This document shows, in pieces, positions 18,776-30,215 of a stretch of DNA of 64,000 bases (its first letter is position 1; every line of letters begins with the position of its first letter). Under the pieces are notes generated by a model. The model was given only the letters and a program-made list of their open reading frames with translations, was not told the origin of the DNA and did not search any database. Made by a program: the position numbers and the translations under genes. This stretch comes from an uncultured Chloroflexota bacterium (GTDB taxonomy: Bacteria; Chloroflexota; Limnocylindria; Limnocylindrales; CSP1-4), in contig CAMTVM010000026.1 of NCBI GenBank assembly GCA_947085195.1, positions 627-64,626 on the forward strand. The letters are read 5' to 3'.

Positions 18776-20430
18776 GTGAGCGCCCCCCGGAGGGCATAGG
18801 GTCCGGCATGCTCGATCGCCACCCGGACCTCGTGCCCCAGCAGCTCCGGCGGCCCGGCGACGTGGACGAGCTTGCTCTCGCGCGAGCGCCCGAGCAGGTG
18901 GACGACTCCGCCGGGCAGGCGGGCGAAGGCATCCCGGGACGCGGATGTGCCGCCGGCCTCATCCTCGGCCTCGTGGTCGTGCGTCCGCGGCGGGACGATG
19001 GAGTCCACGAGGATCTCGGTCGTGCGCCCGAGCCACGCCCGGTTCCGCTCCAGGCCGATCCCCTCCTGCACGGCCAGCAGAGAGACGAGCCGCCGTCGCT
19101 TCTCGGCCGCGGGCACGTTGTCAGCGAGACGGGTCGCCGGGGTGCCCGGGCGCTCACTGTAGGCCGCAGAGAAGACCTGGTCGTACCGGATGGTCTCGAG
19201 CAGGCGCAGCGTGTCCTCGTACTCGGCCTCGGTCTCGCCACAGAAGCCCACGATGACGTCCGTGGACAGCGCGATCCCGGGCACGGCCTCTCGGATGCGG
19301 GCGAGGCGTTCGCGGTAGTGGCCAACGGTGTACTGGCGGCCCATGCGCCGGAGCATGGTGTCGCTACCGGACTGGACGGGCAGGTGCAGCGACTCGCAGA
19401 CCGAGGGACAGTCCCGCATCGCCTCGATCAGCCGATCGGAGAGGTCCCACGGGTGCGAGGTCACGAACCTCAGGCGCGGGATCGCCGGCGCACGGTCGTC
19501 ACCGACGGCCCGGAGGCTGTCGATTGCACGAATCAGCTCCGCGAGATCCGGTCGCGCCCCGCGATCCTGCTGCCGGCCGACCGTTCGCGCGGTGACGACG
19601 TGCGCAAAGCGCGCCTCGGCCGGCAGGTCGTGGCCGTAGCTGTTGACGTTCTGGCCGAGCAGCGTGACCTCGCGGTAGCCGGCGGCCGCGAGTATCCGCG
19701 CCTCGGCCACGATCTCGTCGAACGGGCGGCTCCGCTCCGGGCCGCGGCTGAACGGGACGATGCAGTAGGTGCAGGTCTTGTCGCAGCCGTAGATGATCGG
19801 CAGCCAGGCGCTGATCGCGGACCCCCGGCTCACCGCCCCACCGGCGACCGCATCGGCCCGCGCGCGCACCAGGTGCGACGCATCCGAGACCGCCGCACCC
19901 TTCACCAGCGTCGTGGCTGCGGTCATCACCGGCGCGCCCACCGGCGCCTGGGCGGACGCCAGTCCGAGCCGGTGGACCAGCTCCGGCTCCTCGTCCGGCC
20001 GGAGGAACAGGTCCACGGCGGGGTACCGGCGCGCGAGCCCTGTCCGGTTCGACTCCCGCACGGAACAGCCCGTCAGCACCACGCGCATGCCCGGGTTCGC
20101 CGCCTTCAGACGGCCCAGGTGCCCCTGGCGGCCCACCACCTTGGCCTCGGCCGCGTCACGGATGGCGCAGGTGTTGATGACGACCAGGTCTGCAGCGTCC
20201 ATCGAGGGCGCCTCGGGGCAGCCCGCGGCCAGCAGGCGGCCGGCCATCTCCTCGGAGTCGCTCCGGTTCATCTGGCAGCCGAGCGTCCAGACGAAGAACG
20301 ACGGGAGTGAGTGGAGCTCGGGACGGAACTCGGCCAGACGCTCGTCGTCGGGCGCGAACGGGTCGCGCGGACCGGCGTCAGGGATCGCGGGCGCCGCTAC
20401 GGCGAGGACGGGCAGCACTCTGGACGACAT
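18772..20430 (-). CDS. miaB: tRNA-i6A37 methylthiotransferase (radical SAM)
   Basis: FVWTLGCQMNRSDSE, radical-SAM CDKTCTYC, C-terminal TRAM. ATG at 20430 (MSSRVLP) in ORF 18772..20733. Confidence 0.9.
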   Translation of the reverse strand: MSSRVLPVLAVAAPAIPDAGPRDPFAPDDERLAEFRPELHSLPSFFVWTLGCQMNRSDSEEMAGRLLAAGCPEAPSMDAADLVVINTCAIRDAAEAKVVGRQGHLGRLKAANPGMRVVLTGCSVRESNRTGLARRYPAVDLFLRPDEEPELVHRLGLASAQAPVGAPVMTAATTLVKGAAVSDASHLVRARADAVAGGAVSRGSAISAWLPIIYGCDKTCTYCIVPFSRGPERSRPFDEIVAEARILAAAGYREVTLLGQNVNSYGHDLPAEARFAHVVTARTVGRQQDRGARPDLAELIRAIDSLRAVGDDRAPAIPRLRFVTSHPWDLSDRLIEAMRDCPSVCESLHLPVQSGSDTMLRRMGRQYTVGHYRERLARIREAVPGIALSTDVIVGFCGETEAEYEDTLRLLETIRYDQVFSAAYSERPGTPATRLADNVPAAEKRRRLVSLLAVQEGIGLERNRAWLGRTTEILVDSIVPPRTHDHEAEDEAGGTSASRDAFARLPGGVVHLLGRSRESKLVHVAGPPELLGHEVRVAIEHAGPYALRGALT

Positions 20431-20500
20431 GTGGGGTAATGGTAGTGCCTCGGGCTCCGAGGGCAGCGGAACCGCACCGGTTCGCCGTACTCTGGCGCCC

Positions 20501-21265
<765 letters not shown>

Positions 21266-22176
21266 GCAGAGCGGTCCGCAACGCCTCGACCAGCGCGTCG
21301 GGCATCACCAGGAGGGCGTGCGTCTCAGCGTACGGCCCCAGGTCACCGTGGTAGTCCGATCCGCCGGTTTCCACGAGGCCCAGGTGGATCGCCGCGGCCG
21401 ATGCCGCCGCGCGTGTCTCCGCCTCGAAGCTGCGGTGGTGCGTCTCAAGGCCGTCGAGGCCCTCGGCCATCAGGTCGCGCAACAGGGGCAGGCGATCCGG
21501 AGCTTCCGGGAAGTGCGCCAGCGACGCGAGACCCCCGGCGGCGCGGATCGCCCGGATCGCCTCGCTGGGGTTCAGGCCGGTGCGCGGCAGGTACCCGGGT
21601 CGACCATGACCCAGGACCCGCCGGAACGCGTCCTCCACGCTCTCCGCGAATCCGGCCGCGACGAGCGCGCGCGCGAGCGTCGGGCGGCCCAGCGCGTCAT
21701 CGCTCTCGAAAACGGCCGGGTCGAGGTGCGGCTCCACCGGCAGTCCGATCTCGCGCAGCCGGAGCACGGTCGCCGCGAACCGGGCCCGACGGGCGCCGCG
21801 CTGTGCCGCGATGGCGGCCTCGAACGCGTCGTCCAAGGGGTCCACGCCGATGCCCAGGACGTGCAGCTCACCGTCCGGCAGGTCCAGGCCCAAATCGCCG
21901 GTGACCGCGTTGATCTCCACGGCCGGGACGAGCTCCAGGCCGTCTGGTAGCGGCTCCGCGCCGGGCGAGGTGAGCTCACGGTACGCCGCCAGGTTGTCAT
22001 GATCGGCAATCGCCAACAGGCGGATGCCCGCCGCGTGCGCCTGGCGGACCAGCTCCGACGGCTCGAGGACACCGTCGGAGCGCCGCGTGTGGGTGTGGAG
22101 GTCAGCGACGGCCTCCCCGAGGGTGACCGGCCCGGGCGAGCTGGTCACCGGACGCACGCTCACGTCCGGATCTCGT

Positions 22177-23040
22177 CTAGATCTCGATGACGCGCTGGAT
22201 CCGCTCGATCTGCAGCGCGCGACCCGTGGCCGGATCCACGTCGACTTGGCAGGCGTTGAAGACGACGGGGCCGTCGCTCACCTCGAACCTCGTGGGAAGG
22301 GCGTTGATGAACCGCGGCAGGACGGTGGCCGGGTCGAACCCGATCACGCTCCACAGCGGCCCGGTCATGCCCAGGTCCGTCTGGTATGCGGTTCCCTTGG
22401 GCAGGATCCGCTCATCCCCCGTGACCACGTGCGTGTGCGTCCCGACGACGGCCGAGACCCTCCCGTCGAGGTACAGGCCCATGGCCGTCTTCTCGGACGA
22501 GATCTCGCAGTGGAAGTCCACGATGCGGATGGGCGGCAGCGGCTCCGAGGCCTCGTCCAGGAGCCGGTCCGCGTCCGTGAACGGGTTGTCGATCGGCTGC
22601 ATGTACGTCCGGCCCTGGAGGTTGACCACTGCGATCTCGCTGCCGTCGAGCGCGTGGTACGTGCCCCAACCGCGTCCGGGCACGCCGTGGGTCCCGTAGT
22701 TGAGCGGGCGCAGGACCCGGTCGTTCGTCTCGAGGAACGGGTAGATCTCACGCTTGTCCCAGATGTGGTTGCCGCTGGTGATCACGTCGACGCCCGCACC
22801 GAGGAGCGTCTCGGCGGTGGCGGGCGTGAGCCCCATGCCACCGGCCACGTTCTCCCCGTTGGCGGTGACGAAGTCGATCCCACGCTCGTCCCGGATGCCG
22901 GCGAGGACATGCTCGACGGCCACCCGGCCGGGTTTGCCGATGATGTCGCCGATCATCAGGATCCGGCACGCCCCGGGCGGGCGCGGCGCGTCGCCGTTCG
23001 GCGGGTTGCCGAGACCCGCGTGAGGGCTGCGGCCGATCAT
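22177..23040 (-). CDS. ymdB: YmdB-family (TIGR00282) metallophosphoesterase
   Basis: ILMIGDIIGKPGR, NGEN, GNH, FHCE, GTHTHV, GMTGP are collinear with B. subtilis YmdB. ATG 23040 has GGGGAG upstream. An internal ATG at 22956 is an alternative start. Confidence 0.8.
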   Translation of the reverse strand: MIGRSPHAGLGNPPNGDAPRPPGACRILMIGDIIGKPGRVAVEHVLAGIRDERGIDFVTANGENVAGGMGLTPATAETLLGAGVDVITSGNHIWDKREIYPFLETNDRVLRPLNYGTHGVPGRGWGTYHALDGSEIAVVNLQGRTYMQPIDNPFTDADRLLDEASEPLPPIRIVDFHCEISSEKTAMGLYLDGRVSAVVGTHTHVVTGDERILPKGTAYQTDLGMTGPLWSVIGFDPATVLPRFINALPTRFEVSDGPVVFNACQVDVDPATGRALQIERIQRVIEI

Positions 23041-23053
23041 CGGGGCCGCTCCC

Positions 23054-24580
23054 CTACTTCGCGTATTCGACGGACCGCGTCTCGCGGATGACCGTCACCT
23101 TGATCTGGCCCGGGTACGTGAGGCTGTCCTCGATCTTCTTGACGATGTCGCGGGCGAGCCGGCCGGCGGCCAGGTCGTCGATCTCCTCGGGGTGGACGAG
23201 GATGCGAACCTCGCGGCCGGCCTGGACGGCGAACGAGCGGTCGACGCCGGTGAAGCTCTCCGCGATGGCCTGGAGCTCCTCCAGGCGCTTGACGTAGGTC
23301 TCCATCGTCTCGCCCCGAGCGCCGGGGCGCGAGGCGGAGATTGCGTCCGCTACCTGGACGATCGGCGCCTCCAGGCAGGCGTACTCGACCTCCTGGTGGT
23401 GGGCGGCGATCCCGTTGACGATCTTGAACGGCAGGTTGTGCTTCTGTGCGATGGATGCGCCGATGGCCGCGTGGGGACCCTCCACCTCGTGGTCGACGGC
23501 CTTGCCTATGTCGTGCAGCAGGCCACCGATCTTGGCCGCCTGGACGTCCGCGCCCAGCTCGGCCGCGATGATCGCCGCGAGGTGGCTCGTCTCCACGGAG
23601 TGCACGAGCACGTTCTGCCCATAGGAGGTGCGGTACTTGAGTCGGCCGATGAGCTTGGTCAGCTCGGGCGGCAGGCCAGGGACGCCCGCATCGTAGGCGG
23701 CCTGCTCGCCCGCCTGGCGAATCACCAGATCCACCTCCGCGCGCGCCTTGGCGACGACCTCCTCGATGCGACCGGGGTGGATCCGGCCGTCGGCGATGAG
23801 CTTGGTCAGCGCGAGGCGGGCGACCTCGCGGCGGACGGGGTCGAAGCCCGACACGATGACGGTCTCGGGGGTGTCGTCGATGATCAGGTCCACGCCCGTC
23901 GCCTGCTCGAGGGCGCGGATGTTGCGTCCCTCGCGGCCGATGATCCGGCCCTTCATCTCGTCGCTGGGCAGGTGGACCGCGGTGACGGTGTGCTCGGCCG
24001 TGTGGTCCGCGGCCACGCGCTGCATGGCCGTCACGATGATCTCGCGCGCCTTGTCCTGCGCCTCGTCCCGCGCTCGGCGCTCGATGGACCGGGCGAGCTT
24101 GACGGCGTCGTGCTCGGCTTCGTCCCGGATGGTCTCGATGAGGAGACCCTTGGCGTCCTCGGCGGACAGGCCAGCCACCCGTTCGAGCGCCACGACTCGC
24201 TCCTGGTTCAGGCGCCCGAGCTCCTCACGCTGGCGCTCGATGTCCCGCTCCCGGTCGTTGATCTTGCGGCCCTTCTCCTCGAGCAGGTCCGCCCGCTGGT
24301 CGAGCTGCGCATCCCGGGCGAGGAGGCGTCGTTCGAGGATCTGGAGCTCGCCGCGCTTGGCGCGCGCCTCGTCCTCGGTCTCGCGCTGCTGGCGCAGCTT
24401 CTCGTCCTTCGCCTCGAGGATCAGGTCCTTCTGCTGCGCCCGGGCATCGGCCACGATGCGCGCCGCCTTGTCCTGGGCGGCCTTGACCGTCTGGCTCGCC
24501 CAGACACCGCGGGCGAAGAACCCCACGGCCACGCCGACGACAACGGCGATCAGGGCCGCGCCTGCGACGACAAGCTCCAT
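23054..24580 (-). CDS. rny: Ribonuclease Y
   Basis: N-terminal TM helix, coiled coil, KH domain and HD domain (LLHDIGKA). ATG 24580 is preceded by GGAGGGGAGGA. Confidence 0.9.
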   Translation of the reverse strand: MELVVAGAALIAVVVGVAVGFFARGVWASQTVKAAQDKAARIVADARAQQKDLILEAKDEKLRQQRETEDEARAKRGELQILERRLLARDAQLDQRADLLEEKGRKINDRERDIERQREELGRLNQERVVALERVAGLSAEDAKGLLIETIRDEAEHDAVKLARSIERRARDEAQDKAREIIVTAMQRVAADHTAEHTVTAVHLPSDEMKGRIIGREGRNIRALEQATGVDLIIDDTPETVIVSGFDPVRREVARLALTKLIADGRIHPGRIEEVVAKARAEVDLVIRQAGEQAAYDAGVPGLPPELTKLIGRLKYRTSYGQNVLVHSVETSHLAAIIAAELGADVQAAKIGGLLHDIGKAVDHEVEGPHAAIGASIAQKHNLPFKIVNGIAAHHQEVEYACLEAPIVQVADAISASRPGARGETMETYVKRLEELQAIAESFTGVDRSFAVQAGREVRILVHPEEIDDLAAGRLARDIVKKIEDSLTYPGQIKVTVIRETRSVEYAK

Positions 24581-24830
24581 CTTCAGTTCCTCCCCTCCGG
24601 CCTGGTGAATGGCAGGAGGCGCTGTCAAGAAACAGGATCGGGCTACGCGGTACCGGCGTTCGCTTGGGCTCGGGACGGGACGGACTACACGAACGCTCCG
24701 CCGGGTTCCGGCCGATGGCCGCGGCTCGCCCGGAGGCGGCCCTGAGGTCCGCATCCGGTTGACGGCACAGCCTACATCGTCTGCCCGGAACGCGGCGTCA
24801 CGGCGCGCTGGACGGGTTCGGCGGGTCGTG

Positions 24831-25466
24831 TCAGTCCTCGCCGGGCGCCCCGTCCTCGTCCCCGGGCTCAACCGATGCGTCGGTCACCCGCCGGGACACC
24901 GCCGAGCACACGTCCGGCGCGAAGCCGCTCCGGGCAAGGAGAGAGTAGGCCCGCTGCCGGCGGCGCCGGGGATCCGGCTCACGAAGCAGGGCCGGCAGCT
25001 TCCGCCGCAGGAGCCGCTCCGCCGCGGCGTCATCGGGCGTGGCCGGCTCCTCGTCCCCGCCCGCCGCGGCGTGCACGCGCGCCGTCTCGCGCCGGTCGGC
25101 GAGGACCGCGTCCACCAGCGCGCGGTCGACGCCCTTGATCCCGAGCTCTCGTCGGAGGGCGTGCTCCCCGCGGGGCTTCGCCCGGTCCCTGGACTCGACC
25201 CAGGCGCGCGCGAACGCGTCATCGTCGAGGTACCTGAGGTCCCCAAGCCGGGTCACGGCCGCCTCCACGAGGTCCGCGCGATAGCCAAGGCGGCCCAGCC
25301 TGCGCCGGACCTCATCGATTGACCGGGGCCTCGCCTCCAGGAAGCGGGCGCCGGCATCGAGCACCTCGGCGAGATCCTCGATCGTGCCGCGCCGCTCCCG
25401 GCGCTCCGACGGGGTAGGCTTGCGAGGCCGGGGACGCCTCCTGGACTCGCTCCGGTCCTCGGTCAT
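24831..25466 (-). CDS. recX: RecA regulator RecX
   Basis: RecX repeats ([15 protein letters not shown]...). Located immediately downstream of recA. Confidence 0.8.
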   Translation of the reverse strand: MTEDRSESRRRPRPRKPTPSERRERRGTIEDLAEVLDAGARFLEARPRSIDEVRRRLGRLGYRADLVEAAVTRLGDLRYLDDDAFARAWVESRDRAKPRGEHALRRELGIKGVDRALVDAVLADRRETARVHAAAGGDEEPATPDDAAAERLLRRKLPALLREPDPRRRRQRAYSLLARSGFAPDVCSAVSRRVTDASVEPGDEDGAPGED

Positions 25467-25482
25467 GCCCTGACCCCCGGCG

Positions 25483-26550
25483 CTACTCGGCCTCCTCGAT
25501 GCCCTCGACCGGCAGGGCCACGTCCGTCATCTTGGCCCGGATGCGGCGGTCGATCTCGGCCGCGAGATCAGCGTTGCCCTTGAGGAACTCCTTGGAGGCC
25601 TCCCGACCCTGGCCCAGGCGCGTGTCGCCGAACGTGAACCAGGCACCGGTCTTGGTGACGACGTCCATCGCCACGCCGACGTCCAGGAGCCCGCCCTCCG
25701 TGGAGATGCCTTCCCCGTACATCACGTCGAACTCGGCCACGCGGAACGGAGGCGAGACCTTGTTCTTCACGACCTTGACGCGGACCCGGTTGCCCACCGA
25801 CTCCGTGCCGGTCTTGATCGTCTCGACGCGGCGGATGTCCAGGCGGACGGACGCGTAGAACTTGAGCGCGCGACCGCCGGGCGTCGTCTCTGGGTTGCCG
25901 AACATGACGCCGATCTTCTCGCGGAGCTGGTTGGTGAAGATCAGGGCCGTGTTGGAGCGGCTCACCGCGCCCGTCAGCTTCCGCAGCGCCTGGCTCATCA
26001 GCCGGGCCTGGATGCCGACGAAGCTGTCGCCCATCTCGCCCTCGATCTCCGCCCGCGGCACGAGGGCCGCCACGGAGTCCACGACGACGATGTCCACTCC
26101 CCCGGAACGGATGAGCGTCTCGGTGATCTCCAGCGCCTGCTCGCCCGTATCAGGCTGGGAAACCAGCAGCTCGTCCACGTTGACACCGCAGGCCCGGGCG
26201 TAGGCGGGATCCAGTGCATGCTCGACGTCGATGAACGCCGCGATCCCGCCCTTGCGCTGCGCCTCCGCGATGACGTGCTGGCAGACCGTGGTCTTGCCGG
26301 AGGACTCGGGCCCGAAGATCTCGCAGATCCGGCCGCGGGGGATGCCGCCGACCCCGAGCGCGAGGTCCAGGGCGATGGATCCGGTGGGGATCGAATCGAC
26401 GGCCTGACGCTCCCGGGAGCCGAGCTTCATGATCGAGCCGCGGCCGAACTGCTTCTCGATGGCCAGGATCGCGGCGTCGACCGCACGCCCGCGCTCAGCG
26501 AGCGCCTTCTCCGTCACCTGCGGGACCGCGTCCCTGCCGTTGTTGGCCAT
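25483..26550 (-). CDS. recA: Recombinase RecA
   Basis: [14 protein letters not shown], Walker [22 protein letters not shown] at 26550. Confidence 0.95.
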   Translation of the reverse strand: MANNGRDAVPQVTEKALAERGRAVDAAILAIEKQFGRGSIMKLGSRERQAVDSIPTGSIALDLALGVGGIPRGRICEIFGPESSGKTTVCQHVIAEAQRKGGIAAFIDVEHALDPAYARACGVNVDELLVSQPDTGEQALEITETLIRSGGVDIVVVDSVAALVPRAEIEGEMGDSFVGIQARLMSQALRKLTGAVSRSNTALIFTNQLREKIGVMFGNPETTPGGRALKFYASVRLDIRRVETIKTGTESVGNRVRVKVVKNKVSPPFRVAEFDVMYGEGISTEGGLLDVGVAMDVVTKTGAWFTFGDTRLGQGREASKEFLKGNADLAAEIDRRIRAKMTDVALPVEGIEEAE

Positions 26551-26616
26551 CGTGTCCTCGCTCCTGGCGGCTTGGGCCGACCCGACGGAACGGGACACGA
26601 TTCCCGCCCGGCGACG

Positions 26617-26775
26617 TCAGCTCTCGTCGGACTCCGATTCCCGTCGTGGCTTGCGCGCCTTCTTGATGAGCTCCGCCTGCTGCGGAGCTTCGGAAAGCGG
26701 CGCCAGCCTCTGCTGGGTCGACTTGTCCTTGGGTTTCTTCTTGATCTCTTTCGCGGGGCGGTCTCGTGAGCCCAT
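26617..26775 (-). CDS. Small (52 aa) lysine-rich hydrophilic protein, function unknown
   Basis: Not in the track (<60 aa). ATG 26775 is preceded by GGAGG at 6-nt spacing. MGSRDRPAKEIKKKPKDKSTQQRLAPLSEAPQQAELIKKARKPRRESESDES. It fills the tgt-recA gap. Confidence 0.35.
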   Translation of the reverse strand: MGSRDRPAKEIKKKPKDKSTQQRLAPLSEAPQQAELIKKARKPRRESESDES

Positions 26776-26814
26776 CGCTCGCCTCCACGTGCACTGACGG
26801 TACCGACACGGACT

Positions 26815-27975
26815 TCACGCCGGCTTAGCGGCGGCTTCACCGCCACTCATCCGGACCGCGCGACGGCGCAACTCCGGCAGATCGACGGGGAAGGTCCCGG
26901 CGCGCAACGCGGACCGGATCCTGAGCATGAAGTCTAGGGTGAAGGTGAGGTTGTGACAAGTCGCGAGTCGGCAGGCGAGCATCTCCCGGGCCCTGAACAG
27001 GTGGCTCAGGTACGCCCGGGAGAAGCGAGTGCAGAGCGGGCATGGGCATCCGTCCTGCACGGGTTCCGGGTCGTCCCGGAACTGCTCGTTGCGCAGGTTG
27101 AGGCGTCCGCCCGGGATCCACAGCTGGCCGTTGCGTGCCACCCGGGCCGGGAGCACAGAGTCGAACAGGTCCACGCCGCGGTGGACCGCCTCGAGCAGGT
27201 CCAGCGGCGACCCCAGGCCCATCAGGTAGCGCGGCCGAGGGTCCCCGTCCAGGTGCGGGATCGTGTTGTCCAGCGCCTCGTTGCGCTGGTCGGGAGTCTC
27301 GTCGCCCGCGAGCCCGCCGATGTTGACCCCGTCGAACGGGAGTGACGCGACGAACTTCGCGGACTCCTCGCGCAGCTCCGGGTCCAGGCCGCCTTGGACG
27401 ATCCCGAACAGCGCCTGGTCCGTGCGGGTGTGCGCCTCGAGCGAGCGGACGGCCCAGCGATGGGTCCGGCGCATCGCATCCTCGACGACCGCGCGCGGCT
27501 CGCTGGGGAACACCGGCTGGTCCAGAACCACCGCAACGTCCGGTCCCAGCGCCTGCTGGACCGCGATCGAGAGCTCCGGCGTGAACCGGTGCGTGGACCC
27601 GTCGAGGTGGCTCCTGAAGGTGGCCCCGCCGTCGTCGATCGACCGCAGCTCACCCAGCGATACCACCTGGTAGCCCCCGGAGTCGGTGAGGATCGGCTTG
27701 TCCCAGCCCATGAACCGGTGGAGCCCGCCGAGGCGCTCGATCCGTTCGTGCCCTGGGCGCAGGTACAGGTGGTAGGTATTGGCGAGCAGGATGCTCGCTC
27801 CCGCGGCCTCGACCTCATCGGGGTGGAGCGCCTTCACGGTGGCGTTGGTCCCGACGGGCATGAACTGCGGCGTGTCCACGACGCCGTGCGGCAGCGTCAG
27901 GCGTCCCAGGCGGGCGCGCGTGGATCCGTCCGCGGGCGGCGGGACGAGCACCTCGAAGTCGGCGGCACCCGGCAT
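26815..27975 (-). CDS. tgt: Queuine tRNA-ribosyltransferase
   Basis: TPQFMPVGT, LTDSGGYQ and zinc site CxCxxC...H (CPCPLCTRFSRAYLSH). Confidence 0.9.
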   Translation of the reverse strand: MPGAADFEVLVPPPADGSTRARLGRLTLPHGVVDTPQFMPVGTNATVKALHPDEVEAAGASILLANTYHLYLRPGHERIERLGGLHRFMGWDKPILTDSGGYQVVSLGELRSIDDGGATFRSHLDGSTHRFTPELSIAVQQALGPDVAVVLDQPVFPSEPRAVVEDAMRRTHRWAVRSLEAHTRTDQALFGIVQGGLDPELREESAKFVASLPFDGVNIGGLAGDETPDQRNEALDNTIPHLDGDPRPRYLMGLGSPLDLLEAVHRGVDLFDSVLPARVARNGQLWIPGGRLNLRNEQFRDDPEPVQDGCPCPLCTRFSRAYLSHLFRAREMLACRLATCHNLTFTLDFMLRIRSALRAGTFPVDLPELRRRAVRMSGGEAAAKPA

Positions 27976-27988
27976 GGTGGGGCGGGGC

Positions 27989-29062
27989 TCAACGTGGCGT
28001 CAGGTCGTCCCACAGGGCCGGCATGTCCGGTTCCGCACGCCGAGGTACGGGGACGTCGAAGCCCAGGGACGCGAGATGGGAGCGGGCACCCTCGGTGGCG
28101 ATGCGGCCCTGCGGGGTGCGGTCCAGGAAGCCGAGACGAAGGAGGAACGGCTCGTAGACATCCTCGATGGTCTCGGTCTCCTCCGCGAGGACCGCGGCCA
28201 GCGCCTGGACGCCCACGGGGCCGGACTGGAACTTCTGGACGATCGCGGCCAGCAGCTTGCGGTCCGTCGTGTCCAGGCCGAGGTCGTCGATGTCCAGGAT
28301 CGTCATCGCCTCGGCGACCTGTTGCACGTGGACGGTGCCGTCACCGAAGACCTCGGCATGGTCCCGGACGCGGCGCAGGAGCCGGTTCACGATCCGGGGC
28401 GTCCCGCGGCCACGCTTTGCGATCAGGCGCGCGGCGTCGGCGTCCACCTCGACCCCTAGGATCCCGGCCGACCGGCGCACAATCGCCGTCAGATCGTCCT
28501 CGCCGTAGAAGTCCAGGCGGTAGGTCATGCCGAAGCGGTCCCGGAGCGGACCGCTGATCCGCCCCGCCCGGGTGGTGGCGCCGACGACCGTGAACGGCTT
28601 CAGGCTCAGGCGCAGGCTCCGCGCGCTGGGCCCCTTGCCGATCATCACGTCCAGCGCAAAGTCCTCCATCGCGGGATAGAGGATCTCCTCCACCGCGCGG
28701 TTGAGGCGGTGGATCTCGTCGATGAACAGGACGTCCCGTTCGTCGAGGGCCGTGAGGATGGCGGCCAGGTCCCCCGCCCGCTCGACCGCGGGTCCGCTGG
28801 TGTAGCGGACGTTCACGCCCAGCTCCCGCGCGACGATGGTGGCGAGCGTGGTCTTGCCGAGGCCGGGCGGACCGTAGAGCAGCACGTGATCCGCGGCCTC
28901 GCCCCGGGCCTTCGCCGCCTGGAGCAGCACCGACAGGCTCGCCTTGACCTCGCGCTGGCCGATGTACTCGTCCAGCGTCCGCGGGCGAAGCGACCCCTCG
29001 ACCGCCAGGTCGGCAGGGTCTGCCGAGGCGGCGGCGAGCAGGCTGAGGGCATCGTCGGTCAT
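27989..29062 (-). CDS. ruvB: Holliday junction helicase RuvB
   Basis: [29 protein letters not shown]. Confidence 0.95.
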   Translation of the reverse strand: MTDDALSLLAAASADPADLAVEGSLRPRTLDEYIGQREVKASLSVLLQAAKARGEAADHVLLYGPPGLGKTTLATIVARELGVNVRYTSGPAVERAGDLAAILTALDERDVLFIDEIHRLNRAVEEILYPAMEDFALDVMIGKGPSARSLRLSLKPFTVVGATTRAGRISGPLRDRFGMTYRLDFYGEDDLTAIVRRSAGILGVEVDADAARLIAKRGRGTPRIVNRLLRRVRDHAEVFGDGTVHVQQVAEAMTILDIDDLGLDTTDRKLLAAIVQKFQSGPVGVQALAAVLAEETETIEDVYEPFLLRLGFLDRTPQGRIATEGARSHLASLGFDVPVPRRAEPDMPALWDDLTPR

Positions 29063-29146
29063 CGGCGGGAGTCTAGCAGGTTTCGTGCGCGATTGGTACG
29101 GATGTTCGATCTTGTCCGGACGGCATCCCGCGCTGTGCCCGGACGT

Positions 29147-29928
29147 TCACAGGACGCCGTCCAGACCCGAGGCCGCCAGGCGCTCGAGGGCCGGCAGGAT
29201 GGCCCAGGGATGCGGCATGGTGGCGATCTCCGCTCCGACGCGGCCCGCGGCAGCACGATACCGGGGGTCGATCAGGACGGCCCGCGCCGCCGCGCGTATG
29301 GTCCCGGGGTCGCGATGCTTTCCGGTCAGGGCAGTCGCCACGCCGGCGGCGACGCACCGATCGGCGTTCTCGTGCTGGTCGGCCGCGATTGGCAGCATCA
29401 GCAGCGGTACGCCGGCGTCGTCGATGGCGACCGGCCGCAAGGGACGGCTCGTCGGGGGGTGTGGATCGTCCGGGTTCTGCAGGGAGGGCGGCCGCGTCGC
29501 CAGGTACCCGTGGCGGTGCCAGCGCGTGAGACCCGGATCTTCCAACAGGCCATGCGCGACCCGCAGCCGGTTCGGGAGCCCTGCTCGCTGTCGTCGTGGA
29601 CGACGAGGTCGGGGCGCCAGCCGGCCGCGAGATCGAGCAGCGCGTCCGCGAGCGCCTCAGCTGGGATGCCGGCGAAGCCACACGACCAGATGACAACCGC
29701 GTGGCGCCGTCCCGTCAGTCCGATCCGCTCCGGAATCTGCGAGAACACCCACGGCAGATCGGGCGGCCCGGCAGCCACGTGGAACAGACCGGCTCGCCCG
29801 ATAGCCCCCGCGAGGCTCGCCCCCGCGAGGACGCGCACGTCATGACCGGCGTCGCGCGCTGCGGTCGCGAGGGGGAGCAGCGGCAGCAGGTGGCCGACGG
29901 CCGGGTTGGTCGCGAAAGCGATCCGCAT
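29147..29928 (-). pseudogene. GT1-family (MGT/UDP-glycosyltransferase) gene, frameshifted and internally deleted
   Basis: The N-terminal GT1 half MRIAFATNPAVGHLLPLLPLATAARDAGHDVRV (ORF 29398..29928) and a C-terminal piece GVPLLMLPIAADQHENA...DPRYRAAAGRV (ORF 29147..29545) lie in different frames. Total span is ~260 codons versus ~400 expected. The HHGGxGT segment is missing. Confidence 0.6.
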
Positions 29929-30215
29929 CGGCGGACTCTACCCGCCCGTGGATCCGGGCGCCACGGGCACAGGTGATGGCGCGACTTCAGGCCCGTCAAC
30001 CAGCGCGAGTACCCGCCCCGCGTATGGATGCGAGGAGATGCCGCGCTGGCAAGGTGCGGGTACCCGCCATGTGGGTATTCGCCATGGACGCCCGGGCAAG
30101 TGCCCACGCCGTGGATGGATGCGCAGGTGTTTGACTTCCGCCGGGCAGCCGCGCCGGATCGCCGCAACGGGCCGCCCCACACGCGGACTGCCGCCCGGCG
30201 GCTCCGGATGCGGCG

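Noticed and set aside
20431-20500. Possible yybP-ykoY (Mn) riboswitch upstream of the TerC-family gene.
   Set aside because: Only 70 nt are available before the divergent miaB start. GGGGUAAUGGUAGUGCC only loosely resembles the GGGGAGUAGC element, and the 3' conserved half was not found.
29929-30215. Possible small gene or RNA in the gap between the GT pseudogene and ruvA.
   Set aside because: The ORFs here (29906..30250 +, 29938..30180 -) have non-coding-like composition and no motifs, and no stable structure was seen. It is treated as part of the insertion scar.
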